Source: a virus
Taxonomy: Duplodnaviria > Heunggongvirae > Uroviricota > Caudoviricetes
Length of the DNA: 64,000 nt
Reading direction: 5' to 3' (one strand)
IMG/VR virus record: IMGVR_UViG_3300031993_000024
Coordinates: 64,001 to 128,000 of that record
The notes below the pieces were generated by a model. That model worked only from the letters and a program-made list of their open reading frames with translations, did no database searches and was not told the DNA's origin. Shown here one piece after another: positions 39,198 through 48,010 of this stretch; positions within the stretch are counted from its first letter, which is position 1; each line of letters begins with the position of its first letter. The translations under genes were made by a program, and so were the position numbers.

Positions 39198-39410
39198 ATG
39201 ATTTCACAAGAAGAAAAAAGAAAAAATGATTTTGTCAGCGGAAAATTCCTTACGTGCCAAAAATCCTTCAATGAGTTTAAAGAAGGAAACACTTATTGGC
39301 TTGAATACATAGGCGCTGACACATACGTTGGAAGGAGTGACAATATTCTCAATCGAAAATTTCACATAACCCCGTCCCAATTGTTCAGCTTATTTGTAAA
39401 TAACAATTAA
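39198..39410 (+). CDS. hypothetical protein
   Basis: ORF track. Confidence 0.6.
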   Translation: MISQEEKRKNDFVSGKFLTCQKSFNEFKEGNTYWLEYIGADTYVGRSDNILNRKFHITPSQLFSLFVNNN

Positions 39411-39420
39411 ATTTATAACT

Positions 39421-39606
39421 ATGGCATTTGAATTGTTTGGAAATATTTATGAAGAGGTTGAGGATAACCGTTCTGAATCAGACTGCTTATCTTGTGCATT
39501 GCTCAAAATTTGTGAGAAGACAAAGCCACTTTTACCGTGTAAAAGAAAAGACGGCAACATAAACAGACATTTCATCATTGTAGAAAAATTAAATGAGGAG
39601 AAATAA
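39421..39606 (+). CDS. small Cys-containing hypothetical protein
   Basis: CLSC...C...C. Confidence 0.6.
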   Translation: MAFELFGNIYEEVEDNRSESDCLSCALLKICEKTKPLLPCKRKDGNINRHFIIVEKLNEEK

Positions 39607-39608
39607 TT

Positions 39609-39857
39609 ATGATACCTAAACTATTAAAACGTCATTACTTAAAACCAAACTCATCTCAAAGAGATTATGTAAGTATCTGGCAAACAGATGAATGTTATAT
39701 TATACCATTCTTTTCAGTCACCAATATCATGAACATCATGCGCAAAGGCAACGCTTACGTGAGACTTGGGTGGCTATGCTGGTATATAGAATATTTTAAT
39801 GATAGTGTCCTTTCAGCTTGGTGTTATGAAGAAGATTCCCAAGAAAAAGAAAATTAA
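39609..39857 (+). CDS. hypothetical protein
   Basis: ORF track. Confidence 0.6.
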   Translation: MIPKLLKRHYLKPNSSQRDYVSIWQTDECYIIPFFSVTNIMNIMRKGNAYVRLGWLCWYIEYFNDSVLSAWCYEEDSQEKEN

Positions 39858-39868
39858 ATACAAAGGAT

Positions 39869-40342
39869 ATGGAAACAATATTCAAAGAAGGAGATTGGAT
39901 TGTAAGAATTGACGGTTCTGACATTGTACCAAAAGTACGTACTATGTTAGTTCGAAAGATTGATACGGATTGTGTGCACTGTGAATATGAAACGTCAACT
40001 AAATTTGTCTATGGGTACTTAATACCAAACGAATTACTCAATAATTTTAGATTATGGAATATCAACGATGCAAAAAGAGGTGATTTTCTATGGGATAGTG
40101 AAAACTATACGGCAGTTGTATTTGATGAATTATTTGAAGATTCATTCAATGTATTTTGCTTGGTTATATATGGTGATTTAAGTAGGGCTAACAAGCTTTA
40201 TGTAAAGCATTTTAAACTCAATCCAGAAAAAGTTCTGTCATATACCCCGATACCAGCAAGATATAATATTGTGGATTATGTTTTAGGAGACTACGGATAT
40301 AAGTGGGATAAGGATAAAAATGAATTGATAAAAATAAAATAA
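39869..40342 (+). CDS. divergent single-module family C protein
   Basis: FKEGDWIV / RLWNINDAKRGD / GYKWDKDKNEL. Confidence 0.8.
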   Translation: METIFKEGDWIVRIDGSDIVPKVRTMLVRKIDTDCVHCEYETSTKFVYGYLIPNELLNNFRLWNINDAKRGDFLWDSENYTAVVFDELFEDSFNVFCLVIYGDLSRANKLYVKHFKLNPEKVLSYTPIPARYNIVDYVLGDYGYKWDKDKNELIKIK

Positions 40343-40351
40343 GCAAAGGAT

Positions 40352-40648
40352 ATGGCAAAGAGAAGTTCAATATGGATTGGTAAAGAAGCATATCAGTACT
40401 TACTAACGTTATCGATAACTCAAAGATGCGGCAAAAGGCCAGATGCTGAAACTCTTGAAAAGAAGTGGCGTTACAAACTGTCAGTCGCCGGCGAGAACGA
40501 TATGGTGCAAATCATGGATGGTGACTTAGGTGGTGCGGATTCTGTCGGTATATGGCACAATTGGACTTTGCAGGATATAAAGTACTTCTTGAAAAGAAAA
40601 GGATTGAAATGGCAAAGAGGTAAAATGGTTGAATATACTACGATATAA
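40352..40648 (+). CDS. hypothetical protein
   Basis: ORF track. Confidence 0.7.
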   Translation: MAKRSSIWIGKEAYQYLLTLSITQRCGKRPDAETLEKKWRYKLSVAGENDMVQIMDGDLGGADSVGIWHNWTLQDIKYFLKRKGLKWQRGKMVEYTTI

Positions 40649-40683
40649 ACAGTTATTTAATATGTAATTAAAATAGGAGATAT

Positions 40684-41061
40684 ATGGAAGATATGCAAAA
40701 AATGACAGGAATGTGTGAATATGGATTCTATGTGAATACTGATGTGACAAAATTTATCGGTGCGATATTGAGCGCACCTGGAAATTTGATAGGTATTGGA
40801 GAATTAAAGGAACCAATAACTATTGACCATAACTTATGTCTTAGAATTTCAAGATTGCTTGAAATAACTGCGGATATATCCTATTCACCAATAAATGATA
40901 AATGCTTTTATGTAAACATAGGACTTTTAAGTTTCATTAACCGTGTATTAAATGTTGGATTTGGAACTGAAATTCAAATTGACAATGCGAGGACAGAGAA
41001 GGATTATTTGCTTGACGTGTCAAAACATCCGCTTATATGTTCGGTAATAACAAAACATTAA
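40684..41061 (+). CDS. hypothetical protein
   Basis: ORF track. Confidence 0.65.
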   Translation: MEDMQKMTGMCEYGFYVNTDVTKFIGAILSAPGNLIGIGELKEPITIDHNLCLRISRLLEITADISYSPINDKCFYVNIGLLSFINRVLNVGFGTEIQIDNARTEKDYLLDVSKHPLICSVITKH

Positions 41062-41162
41062 CAACATCAAAGAATGTATTTAAGTTGATAAACTAAATAA
41101 ATATAATAAATTTTATTAGAACTTTATAGTTTAGTTTTATATAAAATTTTTTAGTTAGTATA

Positions 41163-41387
41163 TTGAAATGATATAAGGTTGCTACTAAAACATTTCCTTA
41201 GTAGTGTAAAATCATCAAGGATTCGGAATGACCAATACATGAATTCTCAAGACTGTTCGAAAGAATAGAATCATAGAGACTTAAAAAAGTAAAAGTAGTC
41301 ACAGATGAGCAAATATTGCTCTTACGTGATAGAGGTGATGTTGTTTCGCAATTGATGTTAGAAATAACTCATAAACATTCTTTATAA
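41163..41387 (+). pseudogene. 74-codon frame with 2 TGA + 3 TAG and no TAA
   Basis: hand translation; preceded by the motif variant GTTTAGTTTTATATAAAA; no ATG start. Confidence 0.4.
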
Positions 41388-41642
41388 ATTTTATATAATT
41401 TATTAAAAATGATACAATATGTACAATTAAAAATTGATATATGGAAAATTTAGCAGACGGACAAATTGATTTGCTATTCACAATGCTTATGGCTGAAGCA
41501 ACAGATACCGACCCATTTGAAATGGAACAAGAATTAAAAAATAAAGGTTTGATTGAGCAGCCATCTACAATAGGATTAAGCAGTGGAGAATAGCTGTTGA
41601 AAGTGTAAAAATTACAAAGAAGAAAATTAAAATATAAAGGAT

Positions 41643-42917
41643 ATGGAAAGACAAGAAGCAATAGAAGTTATAAAAAAGAATTGGCCTCACAGTGGTTACA
41701 CAATGTTACGTGAGGCTCTGGAAACCTTAATTCCGGAGCTAAAAGAGAGCAAAGATGAAAAGATGAGGAAAGACCTTATTAAGTTTGTCCTACAATATGG
41801 TGATAGTCATTATTCTCAAATAGATAAAGAATCCGCAATTTCCTGGCTTGAAAAACAAGGAGAACAGAAGCCTTCTTGGAGTGAGGAGGATGAGATTGGA
41901 TATAATGACGTACTATTTGCAATAGGAAAAGCAAGACTTGTTGCTAAAGATGAAAATGATATGGGTAATCTTTGGTTTGCTGAAAATTGGCTTAAATCAT
42001 TAAAAAGAAATAGAGTTGTAAAGATTGAAAAACAAGATGTGAGGATACTTAAAGATAATTCAACATCCGAACTCAATGAGAGCGAGGATGAGGAGATAAG
42101 AAAATGGATTATTAACGAAATCAAGATTAAGCATCATAACTTAGATGAAGATAGTGTTGATTTTGTAGATAAGGCAATTACTTGGCTTGAAAAGCAAGGA
42201 GAACAAAAACGATTAGACTATCCTTATGTTACTGGATGGAGAGAAAATCGCCCAGATAATAAGCCACAAATAAAGCATTCCGTTCTTATGCTTACAACTC
42301 ATGGCGTAGCAGAAGGAGAATGGCTTGGCGAAGAATGGTGTCAATACAGATGGTCCGGTAAAGTAAAAGATACCGATGTCTTATATTGGCTTCATTTATC
42401 TGACTTAGAATCCCTTGAAAAAGAAGGTAATAGCAATTCAATTTCTCCAGAAGAAATGAATAAATCCATTTGCAGAGGCATTGCATCTTCACTCACTAAA
42501 TATCTTGACGATAACAGATACGCAGGAGCTATGAATATGTCAAACATGGAATGCGAAGATTTGGAAAAATCAATACTTGATTCGAATTGGGAGAAAGTGT
42601 ACCGTTATATGCGAAAGAAACTTGAAAAGCAAGGTGGACAGAAGTCTTATTGGAGTGAGGAGGATGAAAATCTGTTCAATAATTTGGTTTATCTTATTGA
42701 AAACAGTAATACGGGGAAAGCGACTCAAAAAGGATTTATTACATTTATAACCAAACTAAAATCATTACTGAAATCATTCAAACCTCAATGGAAACCCAGT
42801 GAAGAGCAAATGCAGACTCTTAACAACTTCTTAACTTTTGGAGGCACAACATGGAGACAAGATACCGGAGTGCTTTCCTCTCTATACGAAGACTTACAAA
42901 AACTACTAAAAGAATAA
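41643..42917 (+). CDS. mosaic repeat protein, family D (ESxDExIRK / WLEKQGEQK / WSEEDE)
   Basis: internal repeats shared with the N-terminus of 35397. Confidence 0.85.
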   Translation: MERQEAIEVIKKNWPHSGYTMLREALETLIPELKESKDEKMRKDLIKFVLQYGDSHYSQIDKESAISWLEKQGEQKPSWSEEDEIGYNDVLFAIGKARLVAKDENDMGNLWFAENWLKSLKRNRVVKIEKQDVRILKDNSTSELNESEDEEIRKWIINEIKIKHHNLDEDSVDFVDKAITWLEKQGEQKRLDYPYVTGWRENRPDNKPQIKHSVLMLTTHGVAEGEWLGEEWCQYRWSGKVKDTDVLYWLHLSDLESLEKEGNSNSISPEEMNKSICRGIASSLTKYLDDNRYAGAMNMSNMECEDLEKSILDSNWEKVYRYMRKKLEKQGGQKSYWSEEDENLFNNLVYLIENSNTGKATQKGFITFITKLKSLLKSFKPQWKPSEEQMQTLNNFLTFGGTTWRQDTGVLSSLYEDLQKLLKE

Positions 42918-42921
42918 AACT

Positions 42922-43326
42922 ATGGAAACAAAGATAGCGACATCATTGGAGCAAAGTATCAAACTAACTACTGAGCTGAGAATAGACCCAAACACAGCAG
43001 ACATGCACTGGGAGTCTATATCTGGTGAGGAATATAGATTGGCTATGCTTACAACTAAAGAAGCAATAGCATCTATTAAAAGAACACAGGATTCGTTAAA
43101 AACAACATTTAATGTAAAATTGGTTCCTGCTTGGAGTCTTTCGGCATTGCTTAATATTTTACCATTAGAAGTTTCACTTAATAAACAGACTGATGGTATA
43201 AAAACATATTATTATATAGCATCTTATGAAGCACGTTATTTTGATGTATATTCGAACAGGCACCTCGATGCTGTTGATGCTTGTGTAGAAATGATAGCTA
43301 AGCTTAAAAAAAGAAATTTGATATAA
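42922..43326 (+). CDS. hypothetical protein (ATSLEQSxKL...PAWSLSALL), distantly family B-like layout
   Basis: ORF track. Confidence 0.75.
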   Translation: METKIATSLEQSIKLTTELRIDPNTADMHWESISGEEYRLAMLTTKEAIASIKRTQDSLKTTFNVKLVPAWSLSALLNILPLEVSLNKQTDGIKTYYYIASYEARYFDVYSNRHLDAVDACVEMIAKLKKRNLI

Positions 43327-43342
43327 CAAATGAACTATACAC

Positions 43343-43609
43343 TTGAAAATAAAAAATAATACAGATATGGAAAATAATACTAAACATACAAATAAGTTCA
43401 GATACATAATAGAATTTGACAACTGCGACAATTGCCCACTTAAAAAGTTTGTTGATGATGATTATTCGCCAACACATACCGAGTGCGAACGAACAAATGA
43501 ATATATAGAGCAGTGGTTGTTTGAGAACGAACATCGAGACTATCGTAATTATGAAACAGGTGTATTGGATAATTGCCCATTCTTAAAAAATAATACTATA
43601 ACTGCATAA
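43343..43609 (+). CDS. Cys-rich hypothetical protein
   Basis: CDNCP...C...CP. Confidence 0.65.
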   Translation: MKIKNNTDMENNTKHTNKFRYIIEFDNCDNCPLKKFVDDDYSPTHTECERTNEYIEQWLFENEHRDYRNYETGVLDNCPFLKNNTITA

Positions 43610-43613
43610 AATT

Positions 43614-44072
43614 ATGACAACAGAAGAAAAACAGTTGCTATTAAAAGACCTTTGCGCGAGGTTGCCGTATGGTGTAAAATTATACCACGAAGGTGATTAC
43701 GGGGACAATATCGGAAAACTTGAATCTGTTAATATAAATGACGACGAATGTGTCATTTGGAATTATAACGGAACAGACACCGATATTTTTGACATAGAAG
43801 CATGCAAGCCATATCTCCGCCCGGTATCCTCAATAACGGAGAATGAAATGGATAAGCTTTTCGAAATTGCGAAGGTTAATCCGGATGGCACCGATGAAGA
43901 CTGGATTTCGATAAATGATGTGAAAGGTATCAGATTCCATTTCTTAACAGGCAGGTATGCTGATACCATCGGCAAAATATGCGACTACCTGGACTCTATC
44001 TACATAGATTATAGAGAACTTATTCCTAAGGGGCTTGCTCTTGAAGCCCCGAAAGATATGTATAAAATATAA
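43614..44072 (+). CDS. hypothetical protein, family A
   Basis: three conserved blocks. Confidence 0.85.
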   Translation: MTTEEKQLLLKDLCARLPYGVKLYHEGDYGDNIGKLESVNINDDECVIWNYNGTDTDIFDIEACKPYLRPVSSITENEMDKLFEIAKVNPDGTDEDWISINDVKGIRFHFLTGRYADTIGKICDYLDSIYIDYRELIPKGLALEAPKDMYKI

Positions 44073-44087
44073 CTTAAAAGAATAATT

Positions 44088-44906
44088 ATGACTGCAGAAA
44101 ATGAAACATTGCTGATGAGAGACCTGATAGCAAGGCTTCCATACGGCGTAAAATTAGATTTCTATGCTAAGGCGACTAAAAGTCATTACACTTGCGAACT
44201 AATAGGTATCGAGCCTGAAAATAACGACAAGCCTCTTATTGCGAAAGTGGACAGCGGCGCGTTCAGGTTCACGCAAGACCATGTCAAGTTGTTTCTTCGT
44301 CCGATGTCAAGTATGACGGACATGGAGAAAAGCATTTATGAGGCTTTGACATTTACGGATGATATAAGCAAAATAAATCCTGAATGGTGTTCCAAAGTCA
44401 TTACGTGGCTTAATGAAAATCATTTCGATTATAATCATTTAATTGAAAAGGGTCTCGCTCTGGAAGCTCCTGAAGGAATGTATGCGAAATCTGAAGGCAC
44501 CGTTGAAAAAGATGAGTTGTCAAGTGAAGAGTCTGAGTTGCTGCGTAAGGACTTGTTCGCAAGATTACCTTATGGCATATTCGTAAAGGAAAAAAGAGAC
44601 GGACTTGATAACAGTCTGATTATTTATACTGACATGTATCATCCTCTTATAAGCAGCTGCAGGCCATATCTTCGTCCGATGCAATCAATGACCGAAGAAG
44701 AATTTAATAAGTATCGTGAGCTTGTTAAAGGAGTGTTCAGCCCTGTACCTAACAATATCGAGATGCTATATGATTTTCTTAATGGACGTTACTTTGATTA
44801 CAGAGGGTTGATTGCGAAAGGACTCGCATTAAAAGCTCCTGACGATATGTATAATAATAAAAAAAATAATTATGAAAAACAAGGAGAAAGCAGAGCTGAT
44901 AGCTAA
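44088..44906 (+). CDS. family A tandem fusion (two units)
   Basis: EAPEGMY...KDLFARLPYG internal junction. Confidence 0.85.
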   Translation: MTAENETLLMRDLIARLPYGVKLDFYAKATKSHYTCELIGIEPENNDKPLIAKVDSGAFRFTQDHVKLFLRPMSSMTDMEKSIYEALTFTDDISKINPEWCSKVITWLNENHFDYNHLIEKGLALEAPEGMYAKSEGTVEKDELSSEESELLRKDLFARLPYGIFVKEKRDGLDNSLIIYTDMYHPLISSCRPYLRPMQSMTEEEFNKYRELVKGVFSPVPNNIEMLYDFLNGRYFDYRGLIAKGLALKAPDDMYNNKKNNYEKQGESRADS

Positions 44907-45105
44907 CGGTATAATGATAGGCGTACAGTCAAATATCTATCATACGAACGTTTATAATACAAATGTTAGATGTTATAATCATAGCGACCTACAAAGGGCG
45001 GCTATGGAGATGGCAAAGTGGAAAGATGAAGAGTTTGAAAAGAGAAAAAAGAAAATCCATGATAATCTTATTAAACTCCTTCATGCAAGAGGTCTGATGA
45101 GATAA
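44872..45105 (+). CDS. hypothetical protein, family E
   Basis: AAMEMAKWKDEEF. Confidence 0.8.
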   Translation: MKNKEKAELIANGIMIGVQSNIYHTNVYNTNVRCYNHSDLQRAAMEMAKWKDEEFEKRKKKIHDNLIKLLHARGLMR

Positions 45106-45129
45106 ATGAGAGAATAATATTAAAGCGAT

Positions 45130-45600
45130 ATGAACAAGTATCACAAAAAGAATAGGATTATGGAAGCTTATATGAATCTCGTTGAGGAGGAGATTAAGAA
45201 TCTCGGAGGAAAGATTAGCTATACGCTTGATACTTCCGAACAATTTTGTGGCAAGGCGATGTTTGTATTTAAGTATGCGTTGGGTAAATTAGTAGAAGGA
45301 AAAGATTACACAGGACATTGTACAGTTGCAACATTGTTTGTTTATTTCAGGAAGAATACTTTTAATCAGATTGAATTTTCTGATTATAATAAACACATTT
45401 GTAGGACATTGGCTAATTCAAATTTTGATGGGAGTGAAAGAGATAGGAAACTTATAAGGTTTTCACTATTCAGAATTCTTGAGAGTATTTATAAGGACTG
45501 TTATACAAGCGTTGATGAATCGTTATGGAAGGAAGGACTTCTTGATGAGAAAAACATATACCATAAAGACAAACAATTTTTCAAATTATTGAATAAGTAA
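45130..45600 (+). CDS. hypothetical protein, paralog of 24371
   Basis: shared motifs. Confidence 0.8.
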   Translation: MNKYHKKNRIMEAYMNLVEEEIKNLGGKISYTLDTSEQFCGKAMFVFKYALGKLVEGKDYTGHCTVATLFVYFRKNTFNQIEFSDYNKHICRTLANSNFDGSERDRKLIRFSLFRILESIYKDCYTSVDESLWKEGLLDEKNIYHKDKQFFKLLNK

Positions 45601-45625
45601 GAACTGTTTATTAAGATTGAAAATT

Positions 45626-46165
45626 ATGACAACAGAAGAAAATGAATTATTAAGAGACCTTTCGGCGAGACTGTCGTACGGCGTAATATGCAAAGGAATA
45701 AACAGGTACTTTGATATAGACAAAGATAAGTATATTATAGACAGGGAAGCCGTCGGTCCATTGACAAACATTGGATATGATTATTGTACACTTGGTCTTA
45801 CACAAAAATGTAAACTAAGTACAATTAGACCATATTTGCGCCCATTAGAAAGTATGACTGATGAGGATTTAATTTCCTATGCTAAATATGACTTTGCTTA
45901 TGACGATATTTATAAGATAGTTGGCTTCCGTTGTACAGGAAAGGGTTTCATAAATATTCATTGTTCATTAGTACGTGACCCAGAACATTATCAAGTAATT
46001 TTCCAAAAGACAAGAACTTCGCCATTAGAAAACTGGCGAGGAATTGATTGGCTCAACTCACATCACTTCGACTTCAGAGGTTTAATTAAGAAAGGCCTCG
46101 CATTAAAAGCTCCTGAAGATATGTACAATTTTTTAAATAATCAAGCAAATGATAATAGAAAGTAA
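45626..46165 (+). CDS. hypothetical protein, family A
   Basis: three conserved blocks. Confidence 0.85.
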   Translation: MTTEENELLRDLSARLSYGVICKGINRYFDIDKDKYIIDREAVGPLTNIGYDYCTLGLTQKCKLSTIRPYLRPLESMTDEDLISYAKYDFAYDDIYKIVGFRCTGKGFINIHCSLVRDPEHYQVIFQKTRTSPLENWRGIDWLNSHHFDFRGLIKKGLALKAPEDMYNFLNNQANDNRK

Positions 46166-46358
46166 AATGAAGAATCAAGCTTGTCTTAAACAATGTCCAC
46201 ACGCAGATTTTGTATTGAGGGTAGGTAGTATTGTATGTAGTAGGTGTAAGTATAACAAGCTTACAAGATATGATTTTGATAGTTGTTACGTTGACTGTAT
46301 ATGTCCAGATGATAAGATATTAAAGAATTTTGAAGATTTACAAAATAAAGATGCCTGA
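46149..46358 (+). CDS. small Cys-rich hypothetical protein
   Basis: ORF track. Confidence 0.6.
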   Translation: MIIESKMKNQACLKQCPHADFVLRVGSIVCSRCKYNKLTRYDFDSCYVDCICPDDKILKNFEDLQNKDA

Positions 46359-46385
46359 AGATAATTTTAATAAACGATTACTATT

Positions 46386-46690
46386 ATCAACCACCCACGA
46401 ACTAAAGATTCGTGGGTTTGGCGGAAACGCTGAACCCAAGGTTGATTAGACTGAGTAAGACCGGCAGCTGACGAGTTTCAGCGATGGTTGCACTACGTTA
46501 TGTGGAAATATATAGACACCAAGGGATGTTCATCCAAGTCCCTTGCTCTGTGGCTGATGTTTAAACAACTCCGTTGGGTAGGAGCAGTGATGTCAGCATC
46601 AAAACTCCACGATAACATTGTCTATGGATGTTTTTACGAGTTAAGACTCTCGGCTTACAGCAACTAAAAGTCTATTTTTTAACTATTTAA
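46386..46690 (+). ncRNA. omegaRNA (HEARO-type) scaffold of IscB
   Basis: TCAACCACCCACG...GGTTGATTAG...CTACGTT...GGGATG...TCCAAGTCCC...CTCTG...AACATTG layout upstream of iscB; 3' end approximate. Confidence 0.75.
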
Positions 46691-46701
46691 TAAACTAACA
46701 A

Positions 46702-47937
46702 ATGGTAGTATATATACTTGACATAAATGGCAATCCTTTGATGCCGACATCACGAAACCGAAAGGTTCGTAAGATGTTGGAACAAGGGTTATGTCATATA
46801 GTCAAGAATACACTATTCACAATCCAATTAGACTATGAGACAGCTAATTTTAAACAAGGCATCACCCTCGGTGTTGACTGCGGTACGAAACACATAGGTT
46901 TATCCGCAACAACCGACAAAAAAGAACTGCTATCAGCAGAAATCATTTTAAGAACAGACATTGTTGAACTACTATCAACTCGGAGGGAAACAAGAAGAAC
47001 TCGTAGAGCGAGACTAAGACATCGCAAGGCAAGGTTTGACAACAGAATTTCACGAAAAAGAAAAGGATGGTTAGCACCAAGCGTGGAGAATAAAATCAAC
47101 TCCCACTTGTCGATTATACGCAAACTTCACCAAATCTTGCCGATAACGAGGATAAATCTTGAAGTAGGTAGTTTTGATACACAAAAGATGCAAGACGATA
47201 CAATTCAAGGTGTAGGTTATCAGCAAGGTGTACAATATGGATTTTGGAATGTAAGGGAATATGTTCTTGCAAGAGACAAGCATACCTGCCAATATTGCAA
47301 AGGAAAGTCCAAAGACCAAGTGCTGAATGTTCACCACATTGAAAGCAGAAAGATTGGTGGAGACTCACCAAACAATTTGATTACATTGTGCGAGACTTGC
47401 CACGGCAAATACCATAAAGGATTGTTACCTAAATTCCAACCAAAGAGGGGAAAGTCACTCCATGACGCTGCGGTTATGGGTATATTCAAGTGGCGGTTGT
47501 ACGAACTTGTGAAACAAGAGTTCAGTAATGTTGGTATGACCTTTGGCTACATAACAAAATGTAATCGAATACAATACGGATTGCCGAAATCACACAATGT
47601 AGATGCTTATTGTATCGCTTGTAACTTTGCTGCAATACAACTTGGTTATATGTATAAGTTTAGGCAGTTGAGGAAACATAACAGACAAATCCACAAGTAT
47701 TCCATTTTGCGAGGAGGGGTAAGAAAACTTAATCAAACTCCCTATAAGGTGTTTGGATTTAGGTTGTTTGACAAGGTTTCTTGGGAAGGTCAAGACTGCT
47801 TTATAGGAGGAAGGAGGTCAAGCGGAGCGTTCAAGTTGGTTGACATAAACAACAAGTTGGTTAAGGATGGTGTTTCATACAAGAAATTAAGGTTGTTAGA
47901 ACCAAAAAGAACCTATATATGTTCAATAGTAAAATAA
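46702..47937 (+). CDS. iscB: RNA-guided endonuclease IscB
   Basis: PLMP domain, RuvC-I GVDCG, Arg-rich bridge helix, RuvC-II LEVG, HNH CxxC..VHHI..N..CxxCH, RuvC-III SHNVDA. Confidence 0.93.
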   Translation: MVVYILDINGNPLMPTSRNRKVRKMLEQGLCHIVKNTLFTIQLDYETANFKQGITLGVDCGTKHIGLSATTDKKELLSAEIILRTDIVELLSTRRETRRTRRARLRHRKARFDNRISRKRKGWLAPSVENKINSHLSIIRKLHQILPITRINLEVGSFDTQKMQDDTIQGVGYQQGVQYGFWNVREYVLARDKHTCQYCKGKSKDQVLNVHHIESRKIGGDSPNNLITLCETCHGKYHKGLLPKFQPKRGKSLHDAAVMGIFKWRLYELVKQEFSNVGMTFGYITKCNRIQYGLPKSHNVDAYCIACNFAAIQLGYMYKFRQLRKHNRQIHKYSILRGGVRKLNQTPYKVFGFRLFDKVSWEGQDCFIGGRRSSGAFKLVDINNKLVKDGVSYKKLRLLEPKRTYICSIVK

Positions 47938-48010
47938 GTTAAACTAAAAAAGGCTTGTGGCGATTCCTCCCCGAAACTAAAGATTTCGGGGTTTCCTTGC
48001 CACCAATTAT

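Larger units (their letters stand above)
46386..48010 (+). mobile_element. non-autonomous IS200/IS605-type (IscB/OMEGA) element, no tnpA
   Basis: subterminal hairpins CCCACGAA-CTAAAGA-TTCGTGGG (46394-46416) and CCCCGAAA-CTAAAGA-TTTCGGGG (47969-47991) around iscB; exact ends inferred. Confidence 0.85.

Noticed and set aside
6226-46364. TAA shortly after TAG/TGA stops as evidence of leaky stops (6226, 28572, 33672, 46356)
   Set aside because: TAA is common by chance in AT-rich spacers, so this is uninformative without statistics.
46702-47937. TnpB or a stand-alone HNH homing endonuclease
   Set aside because: PLMP N-terminus and HNH inserted in a split RuvC with an upstream omegaRNA indicate IscB.
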